The notes under the pieces are model-generated. The model was given only the letters and a program-made list of their open reading frames with translations. It made no database searches and had not been told where the DNA came from. A stretch of DNA of 63,736 bases, counting the filler, from Nemertoderma westbladi (lineage: Eukaryota; Animalia; Xenacoelomorpha), in NCBI GenBank assembly GCA_032718475.1. It is 6 parts of 6 records of this genome, joined end to end, with 100 filler letters (N's around TTAATTAATTAA, not from the genome) between each part and the next. Parts side by side here need not be neighbours in the genome. Positions count along the whole stretch, not along the records: positions 31,840 to 39,566 come from JAUCBJ010004011.1; positions 39,667 to 59,095 come from JAUCBJ010007538.1; 4 more parts are not named here. One strand, given 5' to 3'. Below are positions 38,301-51,251 of this stretch, piece after piece. How positions within the stretch are numbered: the stretch's first letter is position 1; every line of letters starts with the position of its first letter. Both the position numbers and the translations under genes were made by a program.

Positions 38301-39164
38301 GGTGGACTGGACACAGAAAACATCAGAAACGTATAAGCTAATCAGTAGATAACTTAACTGGAGACAGGGGGGGCAGACAGGACGGGTCGAGGTGGACTGG
38401 ACACAGAAAACATCAGAAACGTATAAGCTAATCAGTAGATAACTTAACTGGAGACAGGGGGGCAGACTGGACGGATCGAGGTGGACTGGACACAGAAAAC
38501 ATCAGAAACGTATAAGCTAATCAGTAGATAACTTAACTGGAGACAGGGGGGCAGACTGGACGGGTCGAGGTGGACTGGACACAGAAAACATCAGAAACGT
38601 ATAAGCTGATCAGTAGATAACTTAACTGGAGACAGAGGGGCAGACTGGACGGGTCGAGGTGGACTGGACACAGAAAACATCAGAAACGTATAAGCTAATC
38701 AGTAGATAACTTAACTGGAGACAGGGGGGCAGACTGGACGGGTCGAGGTGGACTGGACACAGAAAACATCAGAAACGTATAAGCTAATCAGTTCAGTAGA
38801 TAACTTAACTGTAGACAGGGGGGGGGGGGGGGGCAGACAGGACGGGTCGAGGTGGACTGGACATAGAAAACATCAGAAACGTATAAGCTAATCAGTAGAT
38901 AACTTAACTGGAGACAGGGGGGCAGACTGGACGGGTCGAGGTGGACTGGACACAGAAAACATCAGAAACGTATAAGCTAATCAGTAGATAACTTAACTGG
39001 AGACAGGGGGGGCAGACAGGACGGGTCGAGGTGGACTGGACACAGAAAACATCAGAAACGTATAAGCTAATCAGTAGATAACTTAACTGGAGACAGGGGG
39101 GCAGACAGGACGGGTCGAGGTGGACTGGACACAGAAAACATCAGAAACGTATAAGCTAATCAGT
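35306..39164. repeat. 89-bp satellite, ~43 copies
   Basis: Unit gctaatcagtagataacttaactggagacaggggggcagactggacgggtcgaggtggactggacacagaaaacatcagaaacgtataa with a variable G-run. Confidence 0.97.
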
Positions 39165-39553
39165 TTGCACTTGTAGCGATTGGTATGGCCACCCTTTTCA
39201 CGTTTTTGCATTCTTAATTACATAATTGGGAATAAGATGTGTGTTTGAAAAAGGTGTACAGGACACAGGCACATAAAACATAGATAATAGTCTGACCAAT
39301 CAGAAAAGTATTAAGTTTTAAATTCTTCCGCAACTTCAAGGCCAGTGTCTTTTATGAGGAGTCGAAAGAGGTCTTCAATTAGTCAACTGTATACTGCTGT
39401 ACTGTAATAAATAATATTCTAGAATATTTTCTTTATTTAATGAGTAGCCAGCTACGCAATAGTAAAATGTTATCAAACTATTAATACTCCTCAAACAAAT
39501 AAATAAATAATAGTCTAAAAAAATTGTGTTTATGTGAAATAAAATAAATGGCC

Positions 39554-39724
39554 TTGTTCGCGCTTTNNNNNNNNNNNNNNNNNNNNNNNNNNNNNNNNNN
39601 NNNNNNNNNNTTAATTAATTAANNNNNNNNNNNNNNNNNNNNNNNNNNNNNNNNNNNNNNNNNNNNTCTAGAAGACATTCTAATTTGGCGGGTTAAACTG
39701 CCAAAGGTCTGAAAGCGCGAACAA
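39554..39724. mobile_element. Both inverted ends of the TTGTTCGCGCTTT element, spanning a gap
   Basis: ttgttcgcgcttt lies before the gap and aaagcgcgaacaa after it. Confidence 0.5.
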
Positions 39725-40363
39725 CGTGTGTACAAGACGATCTCAACCCGTGATATAAATTAATATTTTTGACTCACCTATCAGATAATCCAACAATCGC
39801 CGCGGTCGAAAATATTACTAAATAACAAAAATTCCCCAACATCGTCTTCATGATTTACATCGTGATGGATAGCTTTATCTCAATGCATGTTCAGTTTATT
39901 TATAGCGAGTTGGTGTATCGATATTATTTAATAGTATTGTATTTATTACTTTACAATCAATGAGTTGCAGTGGTTGTTCTACGTTGGATGGGGAAGGTAA
40001 ATAATGTTTAGAATATTTAATCCAAGTTCACTTTATATCTCACACAATATAAAGCCCTACCAAAGTTCCTTTCTTAATATTAGACAGCAGTTTATATTCG
40101 CCGAACCGGTGCATTAAAGTATTTTTCGGATCAATCTGCTCGGATATTAACCATTTTATATTCAATTACAATTCCAATTTTTTTCTAGATATCTTTTTCA
40201 ATGATACCTCCAAGCTCCAACTTATAAGATTTCGAAGGCTAATCGGATATCTATATTTGAACTCGATGTCTTCCCACTCTTTCTTGTTTATCTTCAAACT
40301 GTAAACATTTTCGGTTCAACATTTTAATGATTCCCCTTACTTAGTTCCAAATTAAGCGTCATG

Positions 40364-40868
40364 GGAATTTAGTTCCAATGTAAACGAATTTAGTTCCAAT
40401 TTTGGCGAATTTAGTTCCAATTTAGGCGAACTTAGTTCCAATAACTTGAGAAAAACGAAAACGAATTTAGTTCCAATGGAAGCGAACTTAGTTCCAATGC
40501 AAGCGAACTTAGTTCCAATGGATATGAACTTAGTTCCAATGCAAGCGAACTTAGTTCCAATGCAAGCGAACTTAGTTCCAATGGATGGGAACTTAGTTCC
40601 AATGGATGGGAACTTAGTTCCAATGGATGGGAACTTAGTTCCAATGGGTACGAACTTAGTTCCAATGGAAGCGAATTTAGTTCCAATGGGTACGAACTTA
40701 GTTCCAATGGAAGCGAATTTAGTTCCAATGGAAGCGAATTTAGTTCCAATGGAAGCGAATTTAGTTCCAATGGGTACGAACTTAGTTCCAATGGAAGCGA
40801 ATTTAGTTCCAATGGAAGCGAATTTAGTTCCAATGGAAGCGAATTTAGTTCCAATGGAAGCGAATTTA
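40364..40868. repeat. 21-bp minisatellite, ~23 copies
   Basis: Unit gaa(t/c)ttagttccaatggaagc and variants. It accounts for the repetitive ORFs 40432..40884 and 40446..40877. Confidence 0.93.
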
Positions 40869-41056
40869 CCTTTTTAATTATCATATAGCTTCGAATATGA
40901 ATTGTTCCTTATATTTTTATATTTATAACAGCAAAACAGAAAAAAAGGGGAGCGGTAAAACATCCTAATCCAAGCGGTCCATCACATCCAAGCAGTCACT
41001 GATTGGTCAGACAAATGGCCTACCAATCGTTTAGCGCTTTAATTAGGTGCTTTTAA

Positions 41057-42619
41057 CCCTATTAGTACCGGGCTATAAAATGCTGTACAAATACCGGGAG
41101 GGGGTCATATTGACCCCCCCCCCCCTCTAAAATCTACAAATATTTACGAAAACGTCTGATTTTTTGTTTGTACGTAGGTATCACTTGTCTGGATCAGACC
41201 GAAAAAAAAAATTTTCGAAAAAATGTACTGGGGTGGTTATATTGAGCACCAAAATTAAAAGTAGTGCACAATTTTCACAAAATTTGAAAGTTACATTTTC
41301 GGCTAATTATTTTTCAATACAGGTTTTCTGGGGTGCAAAAAACATTGGAAAATATTTAAAAATGATATGATTACTATAAATGGCCGTTTAGTCCTCTCTG
41401 CGTAGGAAAAAAATTAAAAAAACAAGTAACCAGCACTTTTCAGGTAGAACACAAAATTTTTAATTCACTTATACGATGCTATAAATTCACATTTTCAGGT
41501 TTTCGATTGCGCTGATTCTAATGGAATACATTTCTAATATGTCAGATCATTGATACTTGTATTTTTCGGCGTAATTTGGAAAATTTTGGTGCTAGCACCA
41601 AATTTCGTACCCATCACCATAAAGTACAAGTTTGCGATGTCCAGTGCTGTTTTTATGGATTCCATCGGATTCAGGACCCTCATAAACCCGTATAACGCAA
41701 GAAACAAGGTGATACTATCTACTTATCAATTTGCATATTTTCCAAAATTTGGTGCTGGCTCAACAATTTTCACCCACCGGCGAAAAATACAAGTTTGAGA
41801 ACTCTTATGAAATTTTTACTGATTCCATTGAATTCAGAACCATCACAAACCCGTATAACGCAAGAAACAAGGTGACACAATCAATTGATATATTTGATGG
41901 TTTTCAAAATTTGGTGCTAGCACCACATTTTGCACCCACATCCGAAAAATACAAGTTTGAGATGTCTAGTTCGATAATTATATTTTCTATTGAATTCAGA
42001 ACAGCCATAAACCTCTAAAACGCAAGAAATAAATTGTCACAAGCAATTTTATCTATTGAATGGATTTTCAAAATTTCGTGCTAGCACCAAAACTTGCACA
42101 CAGCACCGAAAAATACAAGTTTGATACGCTTGGTGCAACTCGTATATATTTCATCAAATCCAGAACCCCAAAAAACCCCAATTGCGTAAAAAACAAGTTT
42201 CAAACAATCAATTTACAAAATTGACTTATTTCAAAATTTGGTGCTGGCACCAAAATTTGGCACCCACCGAAAAAAACAAGTTTGAAATTTCTAAATCATT
42301 TTTTTATGAATTCCATCCGATTTCTAACTCCAAAAAACCGGTGTAAATCAAAAATAGAGATGTTACAATTCATATTTAATGAAATGTAATTTTCAAAAAA
42401 CGTCTCAAAAAAAGTGCCAAAAGTAGGGTTAAAAAATGGTGCTATAACTCGAAAAGTACCCAATATTTTTAATAACGGTTTTCAGTACTAGGAAGACAAT
42501 AGATTTTTAGGAAAAGTCATAAAATTTCAGATTCCCAACTGCGTTTGTTTCAGAATTATAATAAAAAAACCACGGGGGGGGGGGGGGTCATATTGACCCC
42601 CCCCCCGGGTTTAATAGGG
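41057..42619. mobile_element. piggyBac-like non-autonomous element
   Basis: ttaa|ccctattagtaccggg ... cccgggtttaataggg|ttaa. Palindrome ggggtcatattgacccc near both ends. Degenerate ~163-bp internal repeats (ggtgctagcacca). Confidence 0.82.
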
Positions 42620-42812
42620 TTAATGACAATAATTATGCCATTAGAGACTGCTAATTTCAAGTTTAGGAGTTGATGATGATGTTGGCGGGAGGTTTAAAAA
42701 TAAAATAATTGACAGACATAAAACCTGTTATATAAGCATGCAAGTAATGTGGTTGTGGTGTTTTAATAACCCCCCTCATCAAATAAGAATTAATTTAGCA
42801 TAGTATGATTAA

Positions 42813-43080
42813 GCAGCGGCTTGGTCTAGTGGTGACATTCCTGGACTTCCAATCGGGAGGCACTGGTTCCATCCATTCCACGGGGCAGCACTGTTTGGGT
42901 ACAGTGCTTTAAATGCTGCAGCCTAGCTCAACACTGGCTTTCATCCTTAAATGGTCGATAAATGGGAACCAAGGCAGGCAACTTGGGAAACAGAGTGGAA
43001 GGGTTTACTGTGGAAGATCACCCATGGTGGTGAACAGGCATTCCTTGGCTTAACGAGCCTAAAAGATTCTCCCATTCAAT
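42813..43080 (+). mobile_element. tRNA-derived SINE
   Basis: A-box tggtctagtgg and B-box-like ggttccatcc. Body motif gctttcatccttaaatggtcgataaatg is shared with the SINE at 59660-59835. Confidence 0.65.
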
Positions 43081-43419
43081 AATTATGATTTTATTTGCCA
43101 TGATTGGGGGCCTGGGCGTATCTATAATAATAAATACAATAATACCATATTCATAACCAGGTATTAAAAAAATTGCTACACCAGTTAGTTATTCTTTGCG
43201 TCTATTTGTGGACTGATCTGATACTGATCTTATCATAGTGACTGCAGTTAGTTGTTGTAGTACATACAAGCTGCAGTCTTGCTACCACCTGCACGTCTAA
43301 AATATCCGGCTAATATCTACAATACTGAACTTAGCAGTCTCTAATGCCTTCATTATTGTCATTAGAACCACCTAATTCAAGCGCCTTTTTATTGGTTGAA
43401 TATTAAAATATTTTAATCG

Positions 43420-43866
43420 TCCAATCAGAGAGTCAGAGACTGCTTGAAATTAGGATGTTCTAACGTCTCCGCCCAATCAGAGACTGCTTGAAATTAGGAT
43501 GTTCTAACGTCTCCGGCCAATCAGAGACTGCTTGAAATTAGGATGTTCTAACGTCTCCGTCCAATCAGAGACTGCTTGAAATTAGGATGTTCTAACGCCT
43601 CCGTCCAATCAGAGTCTGCGTGAAGTTAGGATGTTCTAACGTCTCCGTCCAATCAGAGACTGCTTGAAATTAGGATGTTCTAACGCCTCCGTCCAATCAG
43701 AGACTGTTTGAAATTAGGATGTTCTAACGCCTCAGTCCAATCAGAGACTGCTTGATATTAGGATGTCCTAACGCCTCCGTCCAATCAGAGACTGCTTGAA
43801 ATTAGGATGTCCTAACGCCTCCGTCCAATCAGAGACTGCTTGAAATTAGGATGTTCTAGCGCCTCC
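43420..43866. repeat. 44-bp minisatellite, ~10 copies
   Basis: Unit ccaatcagagactgcttgaaattaggatgttctaacgtctccgt. Confidence 0.93.
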
Positions 43867-44179
43867 TGAAAAACATATGGTATTTACGTGAACTGCTGCT
43901 GCCTTTCTTGAGAAATTATAATGACTGTATTTTATATTACACATTACACTGCGGTATTACTTATTATATTTTGCAACATTACATATGAAATTAATAAATG
44001 TTTGGTCAATTTGGTCAATTCAGGATATTATATTTTAAGATAAGCCAAAAATATAAGAAGTATAAGAAGAAAAATATAAATCTATAGAAGATGAAAACTC
44101 ACCGAGATATGAAAAAATAAACTTCTGTCTAATTAAACAAATTGACTTAAATAATAATTTGGAATTACTATATACCTCA

Positions 44180-44683
44180 CCGGTGTCATAGGCGGAAATG
44201 CCCCACCCCCCATCCCCACCCCCCCCCCCCCCCCCTACGCGCAGGAATGCCCCCCAGGCATTTTCGCCTTGCTTCGCCTTGCGCCAAATGCCCCCCAGAG
44301 CATTTTCACCCCAGATTTCGAGAGTGCAGAGTGGAGGTCCGAAACCCTAATTCAAAGTGAAACGGAGGCCCGAAACCGTAATTAAAACTGTCATGTAACC
44401 CTAACTCTAAGTTATGATGCTCTAATCTAATACATTTTGTGGAATATTGGATCCTTAACATTGAGCCTTCGGGCCAATGGCAAGGGCCATCGCCCCCGGT
44501 TACATGACAGTTTGAATTAGGGTTTGGGCCTGATCAACTAACCCTACACCCTAACCAAAAAAATAAACAAATAAATTCAAGTTAAAGTGCTGTAAGGTAC
44601 GCTAGGCCTTCTTCAGTATTATTATATACCAAAGTCTATGGGGGGGGGGGGGGGGGGGGGGGCAGATTCGCCTAGGACACCGG
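44180..44683. mobile_element. MITE with ~25-bp TIR
   Basis: ccggtgtcataggcggaaatgcccc vs ggggcagattcgcctaggacaccgg. TSD unclear. Confidence 0.7.
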
Positions 44684-45549
44684 TACAGGATATAATATAA
44701 AATAGAGAAATTAATTATATAACACACTGGTAACAAAATATTGTACTGGGCCAAACCTCAACGACAACTGGTAAGTTATTGAATGAGAATACAATGAATG
44801 TCACACCGGCTTATATTCTGGCGCCGTCGATCACCATGCTGTGATCGGAGAGAAGCTTTAGATGCAATCCTATTGGGCGAGACTTTATAAATAATTCCAG
44901 TTCTCTAAAGTATGATAACTGTACATGTACTGTACAGTAGGATCTTGTGATATTGTCCCGAGGTAAACACACTACATTCACGTTCAGGTACGGTAGGGTA
45001 GGCCTAGCGCCAGCGGTAATTTTTTAAAAATTTAACATGTGGATTGTGTTACTGTTTTCTGACACGTTGTTTTTTTTCGAAATTGGAAAGGTATGCGTTC
45101 TAATAAGGTAGAACACAATATTTAATTTATAATATTACCTGCTCTACTTTAGATGCAAATCACTACAAACTGATAAAATAATAACAACATATTTTTTTAC
45201 TTCATGGTGTCGGTGTGTATATTATAGTTTGCTCTACAGTACACCATCAGCTACCTAAATGCTAATTTAAATATAAAGTTGGAGCATTGTTTTACAAAGA
45301 ACTACTGTGGCTACATCCGCTACAATATTAATTTTCTCACCAAATTGTAGCCAGGAACGAGTTAACGTTGTTAACCCCTTGTTGCACTTGTTGCTTTTAA
45401 GCAACAGTTCTATTATCTGTCTTTTCTTATAGAAACCATTAACCAACCATTACTGCACCTTGTAGCTTACAGTAATCCAGTTAAATTATCCAATAAAAAC
45501 GAAGAGGCTTGGGTGGGGTCGGGTGGGAGCATGACCTACTAAAGAAAGA

Positions 45550-45990
45550 TACGACCCGCCAAGCTGCTGCAAAGTCCCTAAATTTAGTGGGCCAGTTATT
45601 TATCTTCATAGAATCCCATAAACAATATGTCTACTAACTTGGCCCTAACTAAAATTGTGTCCACTTTCAGATGAGACAAATAAAAATGTTCCTGGCACCC
45701 ATGTATATCAACACCTTTCGGGATTGATAAAATTACTAAAAATACATCACCCTTCAAAGATTTTGGTATAAAACCATATTAAACCGTAGTATGCTTTTTT
45801 TGATTAGTCGAATTCATTATTAGTAATCGAAAGCGAAATTAGAATAAAATCTTCATTGTTTCTTTTTTAATAGACACTAAATGAGCACCAAAATTACAAG
45901 TAGCTCGAAATGTTCAAATAGCCAAAAGTGGTAATTTGGCCGAATAGTTTGGCTAATGAGGTTTTAGAATGTGCTGATTTAATTGGCAAG
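45550..45990 (+). repeat. Dispersed DNA-transposon-like fragment; diverged inverted copy at ~53330-53790
   Basis: For example aggttttagaatgtgctgattt (45960-45980) vs aaatcagcacattctaaaacct (53336-53357), and cacccttcaaaga vs tctttgaagggtg. Confidence 0.6.
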
Positions 45991-48075
45991 GTTTATAAAA
46001 TTGTGGTATTTTCAAAAATGGCCAAATGTGTCAATCGAAAATTCTAAGTGCCAGCCAGTATACTTCTATTTCTGTACTGCAGTACAAGTACAAGTACTGG
46101 TTCGGTAATGTAGTGTATTATTCTGCGTCACTATGGCGCGTTAGGCCTTCCATCACTGCTGACTGCATTAGGCTGTTAGTGTTAGGCATCAATGGATGCC
46201 TTATCATTATTACATCTGATTACGTCCGTACTGCCGTACCTGTGTTTATTTGATTACTTATTGTCTGTAAAAGCTTCTGTGGGATATAACTGGCCCTTTT
46301 GCTTTGCAATCCAGTTTCCCCCCAGGCGCTGGAATACTCTAAAAGGCTCACTAACTCGAATGGTACAAGCAGCGACCGGCTGATTGGCTGATTTGCTGTA
46401 CGAGGGGTTCTTTGCTATGTTCTATCGGCCAACCAGAGCTATAGCAGCAGAGTATGCAACCAGGACAACCGAGCGGAGTGACTCATTTTGTGTGCTGGCC
46501 AAGGGATGCAAAAATCCTGATAGTTCGGCATTTAGATATTCGTGGAACCTGTGGAATCTGGTGTTCTGCCAATGAGAGCTATTCCTCTCTGTGTAAAAGA
46601 TACCTGCAACAGGGACAGAGGACAGTGTTGTTATTCCTCCTACACCAGAACATCGGCTTTTGGAATGACTCGTTTCAGACTTTTAGTAAAACATTAGTAG
46701 GCTTAAATTATAGAACGTATAACTGTTATCGGCCCAACTGCCCAACGGCATATAACCCACAACTCGGCCCGATCTGCCCGATCGGTTGTGTTTGCTGCAT
46801 TGTCAGCGTGTTACATTATCTTAACCTACCGTCTTAATGTTATTTACTGTTGTGTTTATCAGTTGGTTGAATATTATTATTTGGAGAACATCTATAAAGA
46901 ACCCAAATTTCCCAATTTTCTTGATACACTACAGGTTAGAGAGACAGGCTATATATAACAATTGCGACTTATGTTATCGTGGTTTGTAGTGAACCTAATG
47001 CTATTTGATAGACACTACATAGATCAATTGCTGTTCTCTTTATGTGTGATCAAATTCATTGACGGTCGGCAGATTAGTGTGCAGTATTGTGCGGTACCGG
47101 TAGTGTGCATGATTGTGACCGATAACAAAGCATTTCCTAAAGAATGCGCCTTATACGTGAATTATAAGCCTTACCGTTGCGTGTAGTATAAGTCATAACT
47201 CTGTTTACTTAGGTAGAGCGCCACGTCCTAAAGGAACTGTTAATATTTCCCGAAAGTGAATAATATTTGTCAGAAATTACTTATTAACAATCAATCGAAT
47301 AATACAGTAGGCTTCACTGCAATAATAAAATTTAAGCCACATCCGAACCCAGTCTCCCGGGAATATCCAGCGGGTGAATGGACGCGCACTAGGCTGGCTT
47401 CGGCTAATGTTGTGTTTATTGGTATTAAATATTTGTCATCTTCTAAAGTCTGAACATAAACCAAAAGACATATAAATTTTGGCAGGTTAAACTGCTAAAG
47501 GTCTTCAAAAGCGCGTACATTGTCACCTCTACAGGGGCTGGTAGAGCCAAGGTGGCCTAATCGTGGTCTGGACATATATCTAAATCTGTATGAAGGCAGT
47601 CAGGTCACCTGACTAGGAGTCAGGTCAGGTCCCCAGATCCTGCTACCACTATGGCAGTAATGCTGCAGCGCTGTCAGCCCAGTAGGGCAGGTCCGATAAG
47701 CGCCTGTAGCCTACTCATTATTTAGTTGATCAAGAGTGGGTTGGTTTAGCCCCGTCAACTAAATAAGTTATTGAGGGCTATAGTGCCTAGGGCACCATAG
47801 GCAAAGGCTTGATACGCATCTGCAATACAGATGATACACGCCCCACTCTGTCTATACTGGATACCTAACCCAGGAGGCACACTTGTTTCAGGGTGTAACA
47901 AAAGGAACCCTACAGTCGGCAGCAGGGCTGTAGGCCATGGATAAGTGGAAGGTATTCAACCAACGGCTAGACATGCTGACAAGGTCGGCGGAAGGAAATC
48001 AACCAACGGTGACCTACTGCGAAGACGCTTGTAGGAGTTGCAACCACAAGCGGTTTACTCCCGCAACTGAAAGAT

Positions 48076-51000
48076 ATGAGTATGAGAAACCTCCAGGAGA
48101 AATACCGGCTCGGTCGTCGCCCGGGTCAACAAGGACCGCGTCCCTCAGTGGTACACCAGGCTGGGGTCGATAAATTGGCTACTGGAACAGAAGACAGAGA
48201 AGAAAGAAGAACCAACCTGCTGAAATGTAAAACGACACTAAAGATTGCTACAATGAACACACGCACGATGAAAGCACATAGCAAACAGGGTAACATGGTT
48301 GCTCTGGCAATGGAATATAACTTCGACATCATCTGCATCCAAGAACATCGGATTTGTCATGAAGACACTGCCATGAAGTACAATGACATTGGAAATGGAT
48401 GGACGTTAGTAACAAGCTCAGCAGTAAGAAACTCGGCCAATGCATCAATTGGCGGAGTAGGAATTCTGCTAAGCCCATTTGCACTTAAGACCCTAAACAA
48501 CATCGAATCTATAAATTCCAGGGTTATGATCGCAACATTTGATGGTAATCCCAAGACAACAGTTATATGTTGCTACAATCCAACCAATTCCTCAGAGCCA
48601 GAACAAGCAGTCAAGTTTTATGAAGATCTGACTGGACTTATAAAGGACATTCCGAAACACAATGTTAAAGTCATTGCTGGTGACCTGAACGCGCAAATTG
48701 GCCCAGAAGACATCAAGGGTTACACCTATAACACCAGTTCTAACAGAAATGGCGGGAAAAAAAAGTAAGATACTTACTTTTAGACCTAATGGAAGAATGT
48801 GAATTGATACCCACAAACAACACATTCAAAAAGAGTAAGGGGAAGCTATGGACCTTTCAATACCCTAATGGAACCAAAGCACAACTGGATTACATCCTTA
48901 TAAACAAAAAGTGGAGAAACAGCATGATCAACTGCGAGGCATACAGCTCGTTCAACCTAATTGGTTCGGACCACAGAATTGTTACTGTAGAGATCAGACT
49001 CAGTTTGAGAGCCAGCAAACCCAGGACAAGGAATCAAATCAACTATGACTGGGAGAAACTCAGAACTGACAATGCAGTAAAGGATGCTTACACAGTAGAA
49101 GTTCAAAACCGCTTTGAAGCACTTTAGTCAATGGATGAAGACCTATCCACCGATTCAATATACCAGAATATAATAACAGCCCACAAGGAATCAGCTAAGA
49201 GGCATATCCCCCAGAAGCCCAAACGAAAACAGTATGTGCCATGGCAAAACTCTGAGGTTACTTGTAAGAGAGAAGATCTTAAGATAGCCTACAAAGTTAA
49301 AACCGAACAACCAACAACAGAAAACATTAACAAGGTTGAGAAAGCTAAGGACGATCTTAAATTGGCCTACAACATCAGCCAGGAAAAGTACATACATGAT
49401 AAAATTGAAGCAATTACAACTGCTCACAAACAGCAACAATCAAGACTTACCTGGCAAACTGTAAATTAGGTATCTGGTCCGGAAAAGTTGTGCAAAGGGG
49501 CGCCTCAAAGCCGATAGTTCTGAAGATGGTGTTGGGAAGTGGAAAAATCACTTCAGTAACTTGCTTGGGCAGCCACCAAACATCGAGGTCAGCCCTACAA
49601 GGAAAATATATGACAAGACACTACCTATAGAAACAGGGGACTTCACACCTGCCGAACTCCAAAGAAGCATTAAAAGCATGTCCAATAATAAAGCGAGTGG
49701 ATTAGATGAAATCCCAGTGGAGGTATGGAAAACAGGAGTGCTAAACATACCATTATTGAATGTTTGCAACCGGATGTTAAAAGGGGAAAAGCCACCTCGG
49801 TATACCAACAAACTATCGTGGATTCTGTCTGCTTGTGGTAGCTGCCAAAATATACAATAAAATGATTCTATATAGGATTAGGCCTCACATAGAGAAACTA
49901 CTGCGTAAGAGCCAAAACGGATTTTGACCAAGTACATCAACAATAGCTCAGATACTTGCACTACGGAGACTGATTGAAGGAATTAAGTCGAAGAATCTCC
50001 CCGCAGTCATGACTTTTGTGGACTTCAAGAAGGCATTCAATTCCATCCATAGAGGCAAAATGCTTGAAATCCTAAGAGCTTATGGAATACCAGAAGTAAT
50101 TGTTGCTGGCATTGGATTGTTATATTGTGACACATAAGCGCAGGTACTCTCACCAGATGGTGAAACTGAGTTTTTCTCAATCCTGGCTGGGGTACTGCAA
50201 GGTGATACATTAGCACCATTACTATTTGTAATTGTGCTGGATTACGCAATGAGGACAGCCACAAAGGGTGAAGACCTGGGATTCACACTTCAAGAACGCA
50301 GAAGTAGTAGATATCCGGCAACTACAGTTACTACTACAGAGTACCAGTTAAATAACTGGGAGCAAATCTTGGGATAGGAGTAGCGCCCACCCCTACCCTT
50401 GGGTAGCAGCTATCGAAAGAGGAGCCTTCGGGTCGCCTCCGGCTTCGGCCGACTGTTTGCTTTGCTTGCTTTGCTTTTGCTTGCTTGCTACAGTTACAGA
50501 CACCGACTTTGCGGATGACATCGCCCTGCTCTCTACTACACTAGCAGATGCACAGCTTCTACTAAATAAAGTGGAGAGGGCTGCTAAGGAGGTTGGATTG
50601 CATATAAATGCTACCAAGACCGAATTCATGACCTTTAATTTTGATGGAAACTTGACAACCATTAATAGTAATCAACTAAGGAAGGCTGACGACTTCCAGT
50701 ATCTTGGATCATGGATAGAGAGTAGCAAAAAGGACATAGAAGTTAGGAAAGCAAAGGCTTGGGTAGCTCTATCAAAAATGGATACTATCTGGAAATCAGA
50801 TCTTTCCAGGCACCTGAAGACTAAGTTCTTTCGAGCCACAGTGGAAAGTGTATTTTTATACGGGGGTGAGACCTGGACGCTGACTAAATCACTTGAACAA
50901 CGAATTGATGGTTGCTACACAAGACTACTAAGGGCAGCCCTAAACATCAGCTGGAGACAACACATGACAAACACCGAGCTTTATGGTACAATACCACCTG

Positions 51001-51251
51001 TATCAACCACCCTCCGTGAACGCAGATTACGATTCAGTGGGCACTGCTGGCGAAGTAAAGACGAGGTCATACCAGATCTACTTTTCTGGCAACCAACTCA
51101 TGGAAAGCGTAGTCGTGGACGACCAGCCATAACATATATAGATCAACTTGAAAGGGATACTGAACTTGGGAAAAACGAAATTGCGACAACTATGGAGAAT
51201 CGGGAAGCCTGGAAGGATCTCATTTCCACTGTCCGAGTTCGCTCGACCTAG
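48076..51251 (+). pseudogene. Disrupted APE endonuclease-reverse transcriptase ORF of LINE family A
   Basis: APE motifs IATMNTRT, ICIQEHR, GGVGILL, IAGDLNA, LDYILI, GSDHRIV, followed by RT motifs. Stops at 48766, 49125 and 49467. 50-bp deletion at ~49796 relative to the copy at 10739-10788. Insertion at 50332. Confidence 0.92.
50332..50487 (+). mobile_element. 156-bp structured retroposon (probable 5'-truncated SINE) with (TTGC)n-like tail, inserted in the RT
   Basis: 10-bp TSD ctacagttac at 50322-50331 and 50488-50497. Absent from the copy at 11314. Contains several hairpins. Confidence 0.85.

Noticed and set aside
46026-47453. Several short plus-strand ORFs
   Set aside because: No recognisable motifs or consistent splice structure.
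47462-47600. Apparent link between the TTGTTCGCGC element end and the LINE 5' end
   Set aside because: The TSD places the LINE start at 47601, about 80 bp away, so the proximity is probably incidental.
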